64,000 nt of DNA. Source: Hydrolagus colliei (taxonomy: Eukaryota). The translations under genes and the position numbers were made by a program. The stretch lies in assembly GCA_035084275.1 (NCBI GenBank), contig CM068744.1:15128001-15192000 (forward strand). Reading direction: 5' to 3'. Below the pieces are notes generated by a model. The model had not been told where the DNA came from, did not search any database, and saw only the letters and a list, made by a program, of their open reading frames with translations. Numbering within the stretch: the first letter of the stretch is position 1; each line of letters opens with the position of its first letter. Positions 62,755-64,000 of the stretch are shown in pieces.

Positions 62755-62880
62755 TTTAGTGCCGCGTTTTGTTCACACAATAAACGGTCAATTAATTTTA
62801 CAATATATTCTGTGAAGTGATTTCAGACGCCTCAACGACATGATAAGCAACCGTATCAAATGCAAGGATTATTATTATTT
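62755..62880 (+). mobile_element. SINE tail
   Basis: gccgcgttttgttcacacaataaacggtcaatt...atcaaatgcaaggattattatt. Confidence 0.78.
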
Positions 62881-63377
62881 TCATTAATATTCACAGCCAT
62901 AATTGAGGAATACAAGTGGATTGGTAAAGTCTTAATTCAGCCACAGAAAAAGTGGATGTTGCACTTCTTTGCTAGATACTAGTATAAAACTTAAAGTGAA
63001 AATGGTTTTCCAGCATTTGATTTTAGTCTGATGTGTGGAAACCCAGCACCATGCTAAGAGTAGCCAAGCTAGACTAGAAATTTGCCTATGTCTGGAATGG
63101 AATGTGTATGTTCTCCCTGGAGGAGGACACAGTGCTTACCAAAAGCAAACAAGCAGGTTTGTTCTAGGAATTAATATATATCCTTGGCTGAAATAAAAGT
63201 AAAAATGGCCGTGCTTCTATTGGGAAGAAGATTGAGGGTAAAAACATCCTCCTGAAATCGAGGGTAGTTCAGTCCCATTAAAGATAGTTTCCAGTGGCTA
63301 CAGCGCAGATCACAAGATTGATTCAGGTAAGAAGGACTATTCCCTCCAGAGCACCCACCCTACTGTCCACCTGCCCA

Positions 63378-64000
63378 TCAACAACAACAATAACAAAATT
63401 ACACTTGTAAAGCACCTTTCATGTCAGAAGGACATCTCAGTCACTGTTTCAGAACTGAGCTGGGGATGGGGACGGTGGGGGTGGGGGAGGATTAAGAGTT
63501 GCTGATGGGTCCATTAAAGAGGAGAGTCTTGAAGCGAGATTGAAGGAGGCCAGGGAGGAGGCAAGTCAGAGGGATTGCAGGATGGCGTTCCAGTGGTTGG
63601 GGGCAGAGTGACTAATGGCTTGCCAACCAATGGTGGGGCAAGTGGGTCAGGGGACGTGGAGCAGGCCAGAGCCTGCCGAGAGAAGGGGCCGGGCAGATTG
63701 GTAAGGGGTTAGGAGGTCACGGATGTAAGGTGGGGCAAGGTTGTGGAGGGCTTTAAATATGAGGACAAGGATCTTTAATTGGATCCTCTGGATGAGGAGG
63801 AGTCAATGGAGTCGGGCAAGGATGGGGGAGATGGGGTCACAAAGTTTGGAACGGTAGAGGATGTGGGCCGCAGAGTTCTGGATTATCTACAGCCTGTGGA
63901 GGGAGGAATTGAGAAGGCCGACAAGTAGGGTATTTGCATAGTCGAGCTGGGATGTAATGAAGGCATGAATGAATGTTACAGAGATGGAGAAAGGCAGAGC
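63378..64000 (-). mobile_element. L2 3' fragment running off the window
   Basis: (CAA)n tail and ORF2 C-terminus, similar to 29418-30100. Confidence 0.9.

Noticed and set aside
1-64000. ORFs in the six-frame track as host genes
   Set aside because: Nearly all are sense or antisense reads of L2, CR1, SINE or Penelope fragments, or short AT-rich chance ORFs. I could not assemble a recognisable host protein or a consistent exon chain.

Overview
Eukaryotic non-coding DNA, either intergenic or from a large intron. The repeat content points to a cartilaginous fish such as a chimaera or shark (inference only). I found no host protein-coding exon, tRNA gene, rRNA gene or CRISPR array that I can support, and most ORFs in the track are sense or antisense reads of transposon fragments. 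Repeat content: about 30 5'-truncated L2 LINE fragments with (TTG)n tails in at least two 3'-end subfamilies; about 25 tRNA-headed SINE copies or fragments with L2-like tails; several CR1 fragments; and Penelope-like fragments with decayed hammerhead-ribozyme cores. Most notable items: (1) a degraded LTR/PBS/gag-like retroelement remnant at 37.4-39.1 kb (minus strand); (2) a pogo/Tc2-type MITE that keeps a transposase peptide reaching the first catalytic Asp; (3) a hAT-type MITE with an 8-bp TSD nested in a Penelope copy; (4) a 66-bp palindromic MITE; (5) two ~1-kb L2 copies in inverted orientation with nearly the same 5' breakpoint; (6) a cluster of hairpins at 28.1-28.7 kb. Boundaries were read by eye and are approximate unless a TSD or TIR is quoted.
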